Source: Octopus bimaculoides (taxonomy: Eukaryota). Taken from it: a DNA stretch of 43,967 nucleotides. How positions within the stretch are numbered: position 1 is the stretch's first letter; each line of letters begins with the position of its first letter. Below are positions 23,535-35,179 of this stretch, in pieces. Below the pieces are notes generated by a model that was not told the origin of the DNA, did no database searches, and saw only the letters and a list, made by a program, of their open reading frames with translations. Location of the stretch: contig NC_068990.1 in NCBI RefSeq assembly GCF_001194135.2, forward strand, positions 32,792,213 through 32,836,179. The letters are read 5' to 3'. A program made the translations under genes and the position numbers.

Positions 23535-24369
23535 GTGGTATAAACTGCAACTAAAATCTTTTAATCAGATTTGTCTATTTTCAAATTGATTTTATTGTAA
23601 TTGAAGCAGTCTGGTGTTGGCAAACATTGAGGATTTGGTAAGAGCAGGGGTAAAATAAAATTTCTCCAATCTTTATTTCTTTCAATTACCATTATGATGG
23701 AAACCTAGATTATGAGAGACAAATGAAATAATTTTGCATCAACACATGCACAAACCTCTCTCACTTTCTCTCTCTCTCTCTCACACACATGCACAAACAC
23801 ACATACACACAAAAACACATGCACACACAAACATAAAACCACACAAACAGAAACAAACACATACATTTGCACAAACACCCACACACACCTACATACACAC
23901 ACCTTCACACACACCACACACATGTTCACACACAAAGTTTAACTTGAAGGTTTTCAACACCAATTAGGAAGATTTAAAGTAAAGTGTTGTAAGACTTACT
24001 CCATAAACTTAAGTACATTAGACAGATACAATTATTCATTATTCTTCTCTAAAATATCAAATATTTTCATTACAAGGTGTGCCTACATGTCACTCCTTCA
24101 AATACATACACACACAAAAGCACACACACACTCACACATTCACAATGTGCCTGTAAATTTATCAATTACTAAACACATATCTGTCTATTGATCGATTGAT
24201 GTGCGTATGTGTTTGCATATAAATATATATGTACATATATATATGTGTGTGTGTGTGTTTATATATATATATATATATACATGCACACACACCTATGTAT
24301 ATGCAAAAGAACACAAATGGTGTTTGAAGTTTACGGCAGCTGTTTCGGTAGCACTTTATTGTTGTATTC

Positions 24370-24586
24370 AAGGTGGTGAGCTGGCAGAATCGTCAGCACG
24401 CTGGATAAAATGCTTAGCGGTATTTTGCCAGCCGCTACATTCAGAGTTCAAATTCCACCGAAGTCGACTTTGCTTTTCATCCTTTCAGGGTCGATAAATC
24501 AAGTAGCCGTTGAGTACTGGGGTTGATGTGATCGACTGTCCCCCTCTCCACAAAATACAGGCCTTGTGCCTTTAGTGGAAAGGATT
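24370..24586 (+). mobile_element. SINE family B, full length
   Basis: GGTGAGCTGGCAGAATCGTCAGC, GAGTTCAAATTCC, core and tail GGAAAGGATT. Confidence 0.85.
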
Positions 24587-24829
24587 GGTATATTCAAATT
24601 TTTAATTTTAAACCCCTTTTGTGTTCTTTTATATACCTATACTGTTCATGGAACCACTTCTATATTGGATCTATGGTTTAAAGGGGATTTGATATTTACA
24701 TCTCTACAGCATCCTACCAACACATGTTTTACCTCACTGTGAACCCTATTTTATTGTGCCTAGCCATTTATGGTATCTAACATGTTGATGTGCCTAGACT
24801 CTATTGAACCCAATAATACCAATATATAT

Positions 24830-25095
24830 GGTGTGCAATACCCCTGTACTGGCGCCACATAAAAAGCACCTGTGTTGGTATCATGTAGAAGCAGCCATAC
24901 TGGGGCCACATAAAAAGCACCCAGCACACTTTCTAAAGAGTTAACATTAGGAAACACCCAGTGGTAGAAACCAAGCCAGATCAGACTGGAACCTGGTGCC
25001 ACTCTCCCGCTTGACAGCTCTGGTCGAACTGTTCAACCTATGCCAGCATGGAAAATGGACACTAAAGGATGATGACAACTATGATGATAATGATA
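24830..25095 (+). mobile_element. RTE 3'-tail-derived repeat with a duplicated CCACATAAAAAGCACC unit
   Basis: The unit occurs at 24856 and 24906. The element ends CATGGAAAATGGACACTAAAGGATGATGAC. Confidence 0.6.
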
Positions 25096-25228
25096 ATACA
25101 CACACAAACATGCACACATATACAAGCAATCTTGGGTCAACAGGTTTTTGGAATCTGATGATATGCTATAAAGCTAAAGCTATGGACGGAAAACCTAAGG
25201 TAATCCCATAAACTAGCCTTCCCCATTA

Positions 25229-25258
<30 letters not shown>

Positions 25259-25262
<4 letters not shown>

Positions 25263-25485
25263 GTTGTCCGGAAAGTTCATGGTGATTTTTAAAGGAAAGA
25301 AAAAGATCAATAAATACTTGCCATTACATTTTTAATCAACCAAATATGAACCATTCTGTTGCACAATGCGTCTCCATCCTTCCTTTAACTTGAAAATACC
25401 CTCTTCCCAGAATCTAGGTGGTTTCATGGTAAATAAGTCGAAAGGTAAGCTACTATAAATCGGCATGAACTTTCCGGACAACCCA

Positions 25486-25486
<1 letters not shown>
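25259..25486 (-). mobile_element. 228-bp mariner deletion derivative (MITE)
   Basis: Perfect 23-bp TIRs TTGGGTTGTCCGGAAAGTTCATG / CATGAACTTTCCGGACAACCCAA within (TA)n. The interior matches the transposase 3' end at 42630-42800. Confidence 0.9.
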
Positions 25487-25528
<42 letters not shown>

Positions 25529-25837
25529 NNNNNNNNNNNNNNNNNNNNNNNNNNNNNNNNNNNNNNNNNNNNNNNNNNNNNNNNNNNNNNNNNNNNNNNN
25601 NNNNNNNNNNNNNNNNNNNNNNNNNNNNNNNNNNNNNNNNNNNNNNNNNNNNNNNNNNNNNNNNNNNNNNNNNNNNNNNNNNNNNNNCTTCAGATTCATA
25701 ACTGTTCTTATTTTATGTCCTATGTCTGGAAATGTCTTGTAACACATCCTGTGACATCTTCAATGACCCTCCCTCCCATGTGTCTCCTCTTGTTCTGTTT
25801 AGTCCATTTCACATCAGGAATCCTGCAAAACAAATAC

Positions 25838-25877
<40 letters not shown>

Positions 25878-26634
25878 ACATGATAATGTTATGACCTTTT
25901 GTATGATGATTGATGAGGAATTAGCTATGTCTTGTATGTGAATTTTCCATTTGTTGAGTTTATGTTAAATTTTTGGAACATTACACAAACACACGCATAC
26001 ATATACATATATTGTCTGTGTGTGTGTGTGTAGTTTATCTTTGCAATGATAGCAGGATAGTTCTATTCATTTCCCCTGCAGAAACCTGCATGAAAGAGCC
26101 AAATAATGCCAATCATTCTTTCTTCAATTCTTCTCCAATAATTTCACAAACTTTCATATTGGCTTTATTACCACAGCATCACCCCACTCTGATTGAACTC
26201 CTAAAACCTCTGACCCCAGCCTATAGTATCATTTACCCTCACGATTACCCACTGTGTGCAAAATCAAATGGTTGGAACTAATTCTTCTTTTACAGAAAGA
26301 AATTAAATAAAACTGAACAAAGACTGGAAAAAAACAAAAAACAAAAAAAAAAACAAGAACTGAATCAGAAAGAAGGAAATGGTTGGCTGATTAAACTGAC
26401 AGATAGTTGGGGAGAATTTCATTTTGTAAGACAACTCAATAGTTATCTTCCCTTACATAGTCCCCACATATGCAGGCATATGTGTACACGTACATACAGT
26501 TTCTCTGAGAACCACAACAACTTCAGAAGATCTTCCGTTACAAAAGTACAATGACAGTTAAGATTGCTTTTCGACTGGCATCACTTCAGAGTTCAGAGAA
26601 CAACTGAGAAACAAAGAGAGGAATGGAATGGAGA

Positions 26635-26677
<43 letters not shown>

Positions 26678-27017
26678 AGACAGCCATAAAGTGCATGTGC
26701 AAAGTGAGCAAGAGAAGGAAGAGGTGAAGAATATGAATAAAAGGAAAGACAGACAGTAGTTTCAGAATGAAAGAGAAAAAGAGAAAAAGCAAGAGGAGAG
26801 AGATAGAAGAGGAAACAGTAAATGAAAGAGAGGCAAATGTTCATTGGTTAAAGATTGTGATGTGGGGTGAGGGAGAATTTTGGCAATCTATGAACAATAG
26901 GGGTTCTTATTGACTAAAATATAATTAACACATACACACAAAATGACAGACACATTCATTCTCTCTCTGTATGTCTGTATCTCTCTAATACAGACACATA
27001 CATACATATATACATAC

Positions 27018-27074
<57 letters not shown>

Positions 27075-28063
27075 AAACACTTAACTTTTCTTTGTCAAAT
27101 ATTTGCAAGTCTGATATTTAACAGGAAAATACCATTTACGTGTTCTATTATACTTTTATTGATATATATATATATATATATATATATCAGCTAAATCTGA
27201 TTGCTGAGGTGAAGGAAAGGAAGGAGAAAAAGAAAGGAGAAAAGGTAAGATAACTGAATGAAAAGAGAGAAGAAAAGAAATGATGTAAACTTGTAGAGAA
27301 TTTTCTACATGTATCATAATCTTTGAACTGTTGAAATATTTCAAAGAAATAACAGTAAAAAATACAATTTGTATTGTAGAAAATATATATGAGAAAATCT
27401 GAGAATTGAGGATTGAAACATCACATTTGTCGTCATCATCATTGTCACCACCACCACCACTACTGTTATCATTATGTCTAGTTTCCTTACTGACATTGAG
27501 TGAATGTTCTCTAGAAGAGTGATCCATTTCCTGCTTAGATGAAATAAACTTCAGAGTTGTATTGCCCCAAGCAGAAATTCCAGGAGCTATGTTAAAATGC
27601 TGCACACTTTTCTTCTTGATGATATCTGAAGCATTTACATTGTGGATAACTCTTCTGAATCTTCAGCAGATTTCTCGCGCTCACAAGTGTCTCACTTGTT
27701 AATCAGTATACTTTGACTGAAGAGCTTATTGCTGACTGAACTATTCTTCTCCTGTAAAAGGGTTCTGGCTGTGATTGCAAATCAACGACCACTTTGAGCT
27801 AGTCTCAGTTGTATAATAGTCTCCCTAGTGGCTTTCTTCAGTTACCCAGGTTCCAAAACAATCTTCTGCCAGAAATGGCATACTGATCTTGCTGGGAAGC
27901 TGCAGTGGTTGATTTCAGTGTAAAATGAAGCTGCATGCTATCCTTTGACAAGAGTCTCAACCAAGTGCTTTCTTCAGTTGGTGAGATGTATCATGTTTGT
28001 TCTTCCAGGGCCACAATGATGGTTTGTGTGCTTCTATATAGAAAAACAATGCCTTGTCAGAGA

Positions 28064-28434
28064 GGAAATGTTGCTGGTGATATAAAACTAAGCCCTTATG
28101 TATCACTCCAAAATTCCAAAAGGTTTCAAAGGTTATGCAAAGTTTAATTTAACTTTGGTTTGTTATTCAAATACAAAAGTATGGATGACTAAGAGCCTTT
28201 TTTGAAGTGTGGATTACAAATGTTTTTCATCCTGCTGTAGAAATGTACGGAGCCAGCCATGATATTTCTAACAAAGTTCACTGGCCACCAAGCCAACCAG
28301 TGAACTTAAACAAGCTTTCTGATAATGTGAGAGTTAAATATATCTTCAAAAATACAACTTTTTTGTTGTAGCCAAAGAATCAAAATGTGATAGTTAACTT
28401 CAAAGCATATTATCTGAGAAAAACTTTCAAACAA
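28064..28434 (+). pseudogene. Tigger/pogo (DDE_1) transposase remnant
   Basis: GNVAGDIKL...YHSKIPKGFKGYAK...VWMTKSLFEVWITNVFHPAVEMY...NTTFLL*PKNQNVIVNFKAYYLRKTF matches TIGD1-like motifs, with frameshifts. Confidence 0.75.
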
Positions 28435-28522
28435 CAGAAGATTGGAAATGGATGACACTTTCTTTATGGTGGTAATGCTTATTTACAACTGTTGCATGAT
28501 TTCACACCCACACACACATGAT

Positions 28523-28670
28523 GGGCTTCTTTTGAAATCTGTCTACCAATTCCATTTACAAGGCTTTTGTCAGCCTGGGACCTTAGTAGAAGACACCCAA
28601 TGTACTACCTAGTGGGATTGAACTTGAAACCACATGGTTCAAAAAATGAACTTCTTAATCACACAGTCAT
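28523..28670 (-). mobile_element. SINE family A, 5' half
   Basis: GGGCTTCTTTTGAAATCTGTCTACCAATTCC...AGTGGGATTGAACTTGAAACCACATGGTT. Confidence 0.7.
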
Positions 28671-29640
28671 ATATTGTCTACAGAAGTCTGAAATAAATAT
28701 TTAAAAGAGTCATGACAAATGAAATGTGTAATGAAATAGTTTTATAAGCGAAATCTTGTAAAATTAAAGACATTCTTGGTTGAGGAAGAAATATGTCACC
28801 AAGACAAACTGTCAGCCGTAATTAAGGGGAGCTGAGTTGGAAAATCATAATTAAAGCTGAAGAGGACAAGACTGTTGAAACTATTTAAACAGTTCTTTAG
28901 AGATTTTGACTCAGGTAAAAAGTTTCTTACGAATGGATCTGTGAAAGAATAGTGATAATAATGATGATAGTGGTAGTGGTGGTGGTAGTAGTAATAGTGG
29001 TGATTAAAGCAGTTATGAAAGTAATGGCAGTGGTTAACAGTGGCAATAGGGGTGGGGTGGTGGGTAATGGTGGTGGTTGGAGTAACGTGGAAGTGGGTGG
29101 CAGTGGTGATGGTGTGTGGAAGTAGCAGTAGTAAATGGCCAGTTTATCATCCACTGAAAGAAACAAGAAATACCACATAATCTGAAAATCATTGATATTA
29201 CTGGGCAATGTGTTTGAAATCATTTAAATGGTTAAGTGGAAGTAAAAATATCTGTCAAACTGGCATTGCAGTCCACATCATAGTGACTACTACGGGCATC
29301 AGGTATAGATAACTGCCATTATCATTGACAGATAGTTTTAAACCAATTCTGAAAATGGTATGGGTAGTAAGCACTCATATTAGTAGATTTGCAAACCAAA
29401 CGTTTTATATTAGTAGATTTTCTTAACTCTTTTACTGTGGAAATCAGAAATATCCACTTAAAATCTCAGTATCCTTAAATGTGGAAAGCAGTTTTATACA
29501 CAGTCTGTCTTTTGTTAACCCTTTAGCATTTAAACCAGCCAATATCCAGCCAAAACATTCTACTTGTTTTATGTTAAAACCAGCCAGATCTGGTCTCTCG
29601 TACTTACCCTACAATGTCATTCAAAAATAAACCATTACAT

Positions 29641-30272
29641 ATTTTATAAGCAAGAAACTAAATTAAAGTTGGTGTGGGAATAATACTTTACAATAGCAGA
29701 GAATTAACTTAAATCAAGTGCTCGAGAAGTTACTCCATAACAGCTTAGACTTTATTTCATCAGAGATCTAATATGTAATGTGATACTTACAATGGAACAC
29801 CTCTTGGGTCGATGATCAAGGATCAGATCTGACTAGTGTACTGATATGCACAATGGTAAATCTTAAAACAATGGTACAGGTTTGTATGGTGATTTTCAGA
29901 AAAGATTGGGTAATTACCCTTATAAGATGGAAAAAAAAGTTCCCAATAGGGGTTACAGGAGTTGAACCCATACCCCTCAGATACTGGCTGAGTACTCTAC
30001 CAATAAGCTAAATAGCCCGCTGATGACAATTATCATAAGTTTTAACACTAAATAATAGCTTTTTCAAATGTAACAACATTCTGTAAACTAACTTTGGAAG
30101 TGTCAAATGTATTTGGTATTTTACAGACAAGAAAATAAATTTTGAATGCAGGATAGCTGTGAAAGCACCAGAAAGATTGGGTATTTTTACTCTTATAAGA
30201 TGGAAAAAAAGTTGCCAGCAGACAGCTGTGGAAGCTGAACCTGTACCCCTCAGATACCGGCTGAATATTCTG
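29641..30272 (-). mobile_element. 632-bp insert with two tRNA-like modules, flanked by a 9-bp direct repeat
   Basis: CCATTACAT at 29632-29640 and 30273-30281. An internal repeat of about 110 bp starts at 29897 and 30169. Confidence 0.6.
29946..30017 (-). pseudogene. tRNA-like module (AGT/Thr-like anticodon loop), acceptor stem broken
   Basis: A box TAGCTTATTGG, anticodon stem CTCAG/CTGAG around CCAGTAT, B box GGTTCAACTCC. The acceptor stem does not pair. Confidence 0.55.
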
Positions 30273-30309
30273 CCATTACATCATTGAAATCTCAAAGCTA
30301 TGAGATAAT

Positions 30310-30512
30310 CCTTTCTACTATAGGCACAAGGCCTGGAAATTTGGTGGTTGGGTTTAAGTTGATTACATCGACCCCAGTACTGTATTGGTACTTATTTGAT
30401 CAAGCCCGAAAGAATGAAAGGCAAAGTTGACCTTCGCAGAATTTGAACTCAGAATGTGAGACAGGCAAAATACCGCTAAGCATTTATCCTAGCATGTTAA
30501 TGATTCTGCCAG
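30310..30512 (-). mobile_element. SINE family B with an 8-bp TSD
   Basis: GAGATAAT at 30302-30309 and 30513-30520. Confidence 0.85.
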
Positions 30513-31117
30513 GAGATAATGTAGGATTAGTCCAAAACAATGTGAATAAATAAGCACTACATTTTACAGACAAATCTGAATGCTAAAGGGTTAAAGAATG
30601 TCATTTTTTTTCTGGTTGACTTTTTTTGGTCAAGTTTATTGAGGCAATATGATGCAGAAAATACCAATTCTATTTTTAGTAGATATTTAACATCATTACT
30701 GGAAATTTAACCATGGAATTTAAATTTGCGGTTAAAGGGTTAAAGAGTTACTTTGATGTTTCACATTATATGGGTTTAAATCCAGCTGATGCAATCCATG
30801 TTTCCAGCCGGGCCAGGGATGGGGGTGGAGGTTGTTGATAGAATTTGTAGTGATCATACATTTACTAAGTCAGATAGATTTAGCCTCTCTCCAATTATTA
30901 AAAGATACATAAGGAATTTGGGGCTGATTTAATGTCATACATCTGGGATAGATATAAGAAGTATCAATGATAAGGATGAGATAAAAGATCAAAATGGTAA
31001 ATTTAATTAAATCCTACATGCCACAAGCTATTACATAATTCTACTTCCATGGAAAATAATGAGCATACAGTAATTATTTCAGTGGAACTGTGGCAGTGAC
31101 CATAGTGTATCCTCCTC

Positions 31118-31270
31118 CTCCTCCATATCATCATCATCATCATCACCATCATAATCATCATCACGATCATCATCACCATTATCATCACCATCATAATCAT
31201 CATCACCATCATCATCACTGTCATCATCGTCATCACCATCATCGTTGTCGTCACCATCATCATCATCATA
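31118..31270. repeat. (CAT/CAC)n trinucleotide microsatellite
   Basis: Directly visible; it is the source of the poly-His and poly-Met ORFs. Confidence 0.9.
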
Positions 31271-31598
31271 CCTTTCCTGTCACCAGTCCTCATCTGTTTC
31301 CAAATAACATAATCTTACCTCATGACCAGACAAGTTTTCATGGAAGATCGGAAATAACAGACACCATTTGCATGATGGCATCATTTCTTTAAAACTATCA
31401 CACTACCACATAATATCAAAGCAAGGAGACAGTAACAGGAGCATGTGCGTGCACACACACACACATGCATGACAAGCTTCTTTCTGTTTCCTTCTACTAA
31501 ATCCAGTCACAAGGCTTTGGTCAGCCTGAGGCTACACTAGAACACATTAATTGCAGTTGTGCAACAAAAGATTTGACGTGTCATGAAATAAATTTTAA

Positions 31599-31745
31599 CC
31601 CTTTAGTATTCAGATTACTCTGTCAAATATGATACTTATTTACTCACATTGTTTTGTATTAGTCATACATTATCTCACAGCTATGAGGTTCTGAGATGAT
31701 GTAATTGTCTTTTTTAGGATAACATTGCAGGGTTGGTGTGAGAAG
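31599..31745. mobile_element. piggyBac-type MITE family 2, truncated, opposite orientation
   Basis: TTAA CCCTTTAGTATTCAGATTACTC... is the reverse complement of the 30520-30590 end. Confidence 0.7.
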
Positions 31746-31762
31746 CAAGAACAGTCTCATAA

Positions 31763-31837
31763 CAAGTCACTTGCTAAACAAGTACAATTCCAAAACCAGA
31801 TCAAGTCACTTGCTAAATAAGTATAATTCGAAAACCA
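31763..31837. repeat. 39-bp tandem duplication
   Basis: CAAGTCACTTGCTAAA(C/T)AAGTA(C/T)AATTC.AAAACCA occurs at 31763 and 31802. Confidence 0.85.
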
Positions 31838-31946
31838 CTAATGTATTTATTGTAATAACTTAAATCAAGTGAGCTTTAACTATTCTCTCTTCAGTGGTTG
31901 ATGTCATGTACAATGACTCTCATATGAATATATCTGACATGGTTCA

Positions 31947-32110
31947 GAGAGACAACAGGATAATGCTGTTAATAGGAGAAATTGGGAAGGTGAAAGGGGA
32001 GAGTAACATGTAGTGTCCAACGCTACGCTTTACTCTCTCCTTTCACCTTCTCAATCTCTCCTTTCACCTTCTCAATCTCTCCTACTAACAGTGTTACCCT
32101 GTTGTCTCTG
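31947..32110. repeat. foldback inverted repeat (arms of about 60 bp)
   Basis: 31947-32006 pairs with 32030-32110 after removing a 21-bp tandem duplication (32041-32082). The differences are transitions. Confidence 0.8.
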
Positions 32111-33387
32111 TGTACTTGACCAGAACTATGCTACCTGAGATACACCAACACATTATATTTTGACATAGACTTGGCTCTCAGCTGATATCTATATTTTTTT
32201 CTTTAATTTTAGTTCAAAGACACCAGCAGTGTTATACCAGGACATGGGGAGCAGTAAAAGACAGCTTATGATATAATCTCTTACGTGTATGACTATCATT
32301 TTAGGAACCGTTTTGTTTGCAGAAACTTATTGCTTTGTTTCCAAAGCTAATAGAGATTCTCTCAGCAAGGCACCAGACAAACAAGCAATAATTTGTTAAA
32401 AGTATTGGCTAAGGACAGAATATGGTATGTGATCTAAGGGTAGGTCAGTCTATAATACTTCATAGATAGCAGTCCAACACATTGTGAACTGAGCTATCTG
32501 TAAGTCTGATATGGATTTAGTGATGAAGGAGTGAAAAGAATATTCAATACAGAATAAATAACTGTAGAAATGAGACGCATCATGAGCTGGGGGATGGAGA
32601 AATAAACATTTTTGTTTGGAAGTTTTAGGTGTAAAAAAATAAACATGAGCAAAAGTAAATTTAGTGAAACGTATTTCTCTTTCCACATTTTGGGTTTAAA
32701 CTGAAATGTGTTTGTTAAACATGGAAATCAGATTTAGATTTTTTTCTGTGAAACAGATCTGTTTCTCACATTTCATAGAAATAACCTGCTAATATCAAAA
32801 TTGCGTAACAAAATAAAATATCAAAAAGCGGAAACCTAACATTGCTCTGGAAGTCCCAGGTGTAGCATATAGCTTTCATATAATTTCTGGCCAGTTTCTG
32901 TGTATTGCAGTAGAACATCAAAGCCAATCTAATCAAGTATGAAGAAAAAAAGACCTTGTGAATCATATCAAAAACTTTTTATACATTGATGTTTGTTTAT
33001 CATTGTTGTTTTTTCCCAATATAGATTAAACAGAAATTTATTGAATGGTTAAAACATTTTAAAAGTTAAAGAAAAAATACACACGAACATTTTTTGTTTT
33101 CCCTGATAAATATAAATGTTGTTAAACAGATTTCCAAGGGGATTCATGTTACCTTTGTTTGGAAACTATTTCTTCTATTATAAGAATTAATCTGGTTATC
33201 TCTGAAAATATGTATGTAAGGACATGTAAGCATGTTATAGTGGTGAGTGTAGGTCACTAGTATAGAGTGAAAACAAGTAGAGAGGATCTCATATGAAAGC
33301 ATAAGTGTTCATATGAGATCAAATCATCGTGGTGAACAAGGCTGTGAACACATTGTAGTGTTGTTAACAGTAAAACATAATGCTTAA

Positions 33388-33616
33388 TACTTTTACTAAG
33401 GAAATCAGATATATCCACTCAAAATTTCATTACCTTTAACTGCAGAAAGCAGTTTTATATTCCACTCTATCTTTTGATGAGAAATGTAAAGTTTGAAACT
33501 ATTTTTCATTGAGGTATGTCAAGTTTACCGAGGCAATGTGACTCGAAGAAAATATCAGTTCAATTTTTTGATAGATTACTGGAATAACCATGAAATTAAA
33601 TTTTGCAGTGAAAGGG
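33388..33616. mobile_element. piggyBac-type MITE family 1, uninterrupted degenerate copy
   Basis: TTAA-TACTTTTACT...GCAGTGAAAGGG-ATAA. It aligns with 29427-29518 joined to 30595-30739. Confidence 0.6.
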
Positions 33617-34521
33617 ATAATACAGGCAAAAGTTATGAGTAAACAATTTTGTGAACTCATGCTGTTTGTTAGTTGTGAATATAGCAATTGAAACATTGTC
33701 TGTGGACTGTTTTACTGACTGTTGACAGTTAATGATAGTTTAAGCCAACTAAAGAGCATGCATGTGGTCATTCAACTTGCTAGAAATAATAGAAATATCT
33801 CCTGCATATCATACTGTATCATCTTAAAAATGCAGGACATACTGAATAATACTTTCCTAGATACATTGTGACACATGGTGATGGCTAGAATGTCTTATGA
33901 TGATAGATCTGCTTGATCAAAGCTGACCAAGGATGAAGCAACAACAATGAATACAAATAAGAGTGCTAATGTTAAAGGAGAGTAATAGAAAGAAAATTTT
34001 AAAAAACACTAAGAAGGTGCATCCATTTGTGATGGATGCATCTAATTTGAGTCCATATATATATAACATAGCACAAATAGAGATAAGCTATTTTGACAGA
34101 GTAAAAGTAAAAGTTATGTTGATATGGCATTGTAATGGAAAATTAACCCTTACCAATAAATGCAATTTTCTCTGATGCAAACCACCAGCAATCTCCATGA
34201 ATTCTGATTTTTTTTGACATTTTTTTTCTTTTTTGTTTGACACATATAGAGTGGGTGGACTTCACCAATTGACTGAAAATTTCAGAGACTCATTACTGCA
34301 TCCTCCAAGCACTTGGAAAGTTTAGATAGTCTCACATATTATGGCGTTACATGGAGGGATTTAAATTTATGATGTGAATAGGAAATAAGTTTAATTAAGC
34401 TCTAATGTTGCTATGAAATAACAAAAAAATGGTTTAAATCAATTCGTTTTAATTATGAGTACACAGGCCAGTTACTACTAATTCCTTTGAAAAACATTAG
34501 TTCTTACTGGAAGAAAAGAGG

Positions 34522-35110
34522 TTACATGTGGGATAAGAGTGAAGTTTGTGGTTCTCTTTTACAGATTGGTTGTTTTTTTTTTAATAATGCTTTTAGTGTC
34601 TGGGGATTCTTGAGTTTTCTACCCTGAAGCAATTCATGGTAACTGGATATCATGTCCAGAGCATCTCTATTTGATTTGCTGCTGTGCTTCCAGTCAAGAT
34701 CATTCCCATTAAACTGGTTTATGATTTCTGTTATCTCGGTGATTCCATAACTGTTCAAGAGTATTCACAGTTGCTGTTCAGTAAGAATTCTATTACAGAA
34801 GGCTCTTTGATATTATCTACAACCTTCTTGATGTAGTGTTTTTTTTTCCCCACAAAGCCCCTGATAGATTGTTTATCTTAGCCATCTGTTTCTTCAACAA
34901 ACTGTTTAAAAGCCCAAATAAGAACTGGTGTTTGGTGGTAGATTAATTACTTTGACAAGAATGCAAGTTTGCAGAGTGTGGATATCCTGGTGATGTACCA
35001 CAGCATTATCAATCACCAACAATGCCTTAGGTCAAAGATTGTATTCTTTGCAATATCTATTTATACTTGACAAAAGAATGAGTCAAGCCACTGCACGATA
35101 TTTTCTACTG
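34522..35110 (-). pseudogene. Tigger (DDE_1) transposase remnant
   Basis: Minus strand: RYCKEYNL*PKALLVIDNAVVH...VKVINLPPNTSS, plus the C-terminal DLDWKHSSKSNRDALDMISSYHELLQGRK (ORF 34522-34758). Confidence 0.7.
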
Positions 35111-35179
35111 TTACTCAGGTCTTATTGTTTGATTTCCAAATCATAAGCATATGTATTCTTGATATTCTCTCCATTGAAA

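Larger units (their letters stand above)
29519..30590. mobile_element. piggyBac-type MITE family 2 (nested, itself interrupted twice)
   Basis: TTAA TSDs at 29515 and 30591 and perfect 12-bp TIRs CCCTTTAGCATT / AATGCTAAAGGG. A second copy lies at 31599. Confidence 0.85.
29427..30739. mobile_element. piggyBac-type MITE family 1 (outer host, about 237 bp without inserts)
   Basis: TTAA at 29423 and 30740; imperfect TIRs CTCTTTTACTG / CGGTTAAAGGG. The rejoined halves align with the uninterrupted copy at 33388-33616. Confidence 0.65.

Noticed and set aside
26082-26281. Terminal exon after a strong acceptor (ORF 25973-26281)
   Set aside because: No recognisable product, and open stretches of this length are expected by chance many times in six frames.
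29946-30017. Functional tRNA-Thr gene
   Set aside because: The acceptor stem does not pair and the module lies inside a duplicated insert.
4333-30030. Other CTGATGA cores (for example near 4335, 14755, 21174, 22877, 30020) as hammerheads
   Set aside because: No properly placed GAAA or complementary stems follow them.
31003-31392. Poly-His and poly-Met ORFs
   Set aside because: Translation of a (CAT/CAC)n microsatellite.
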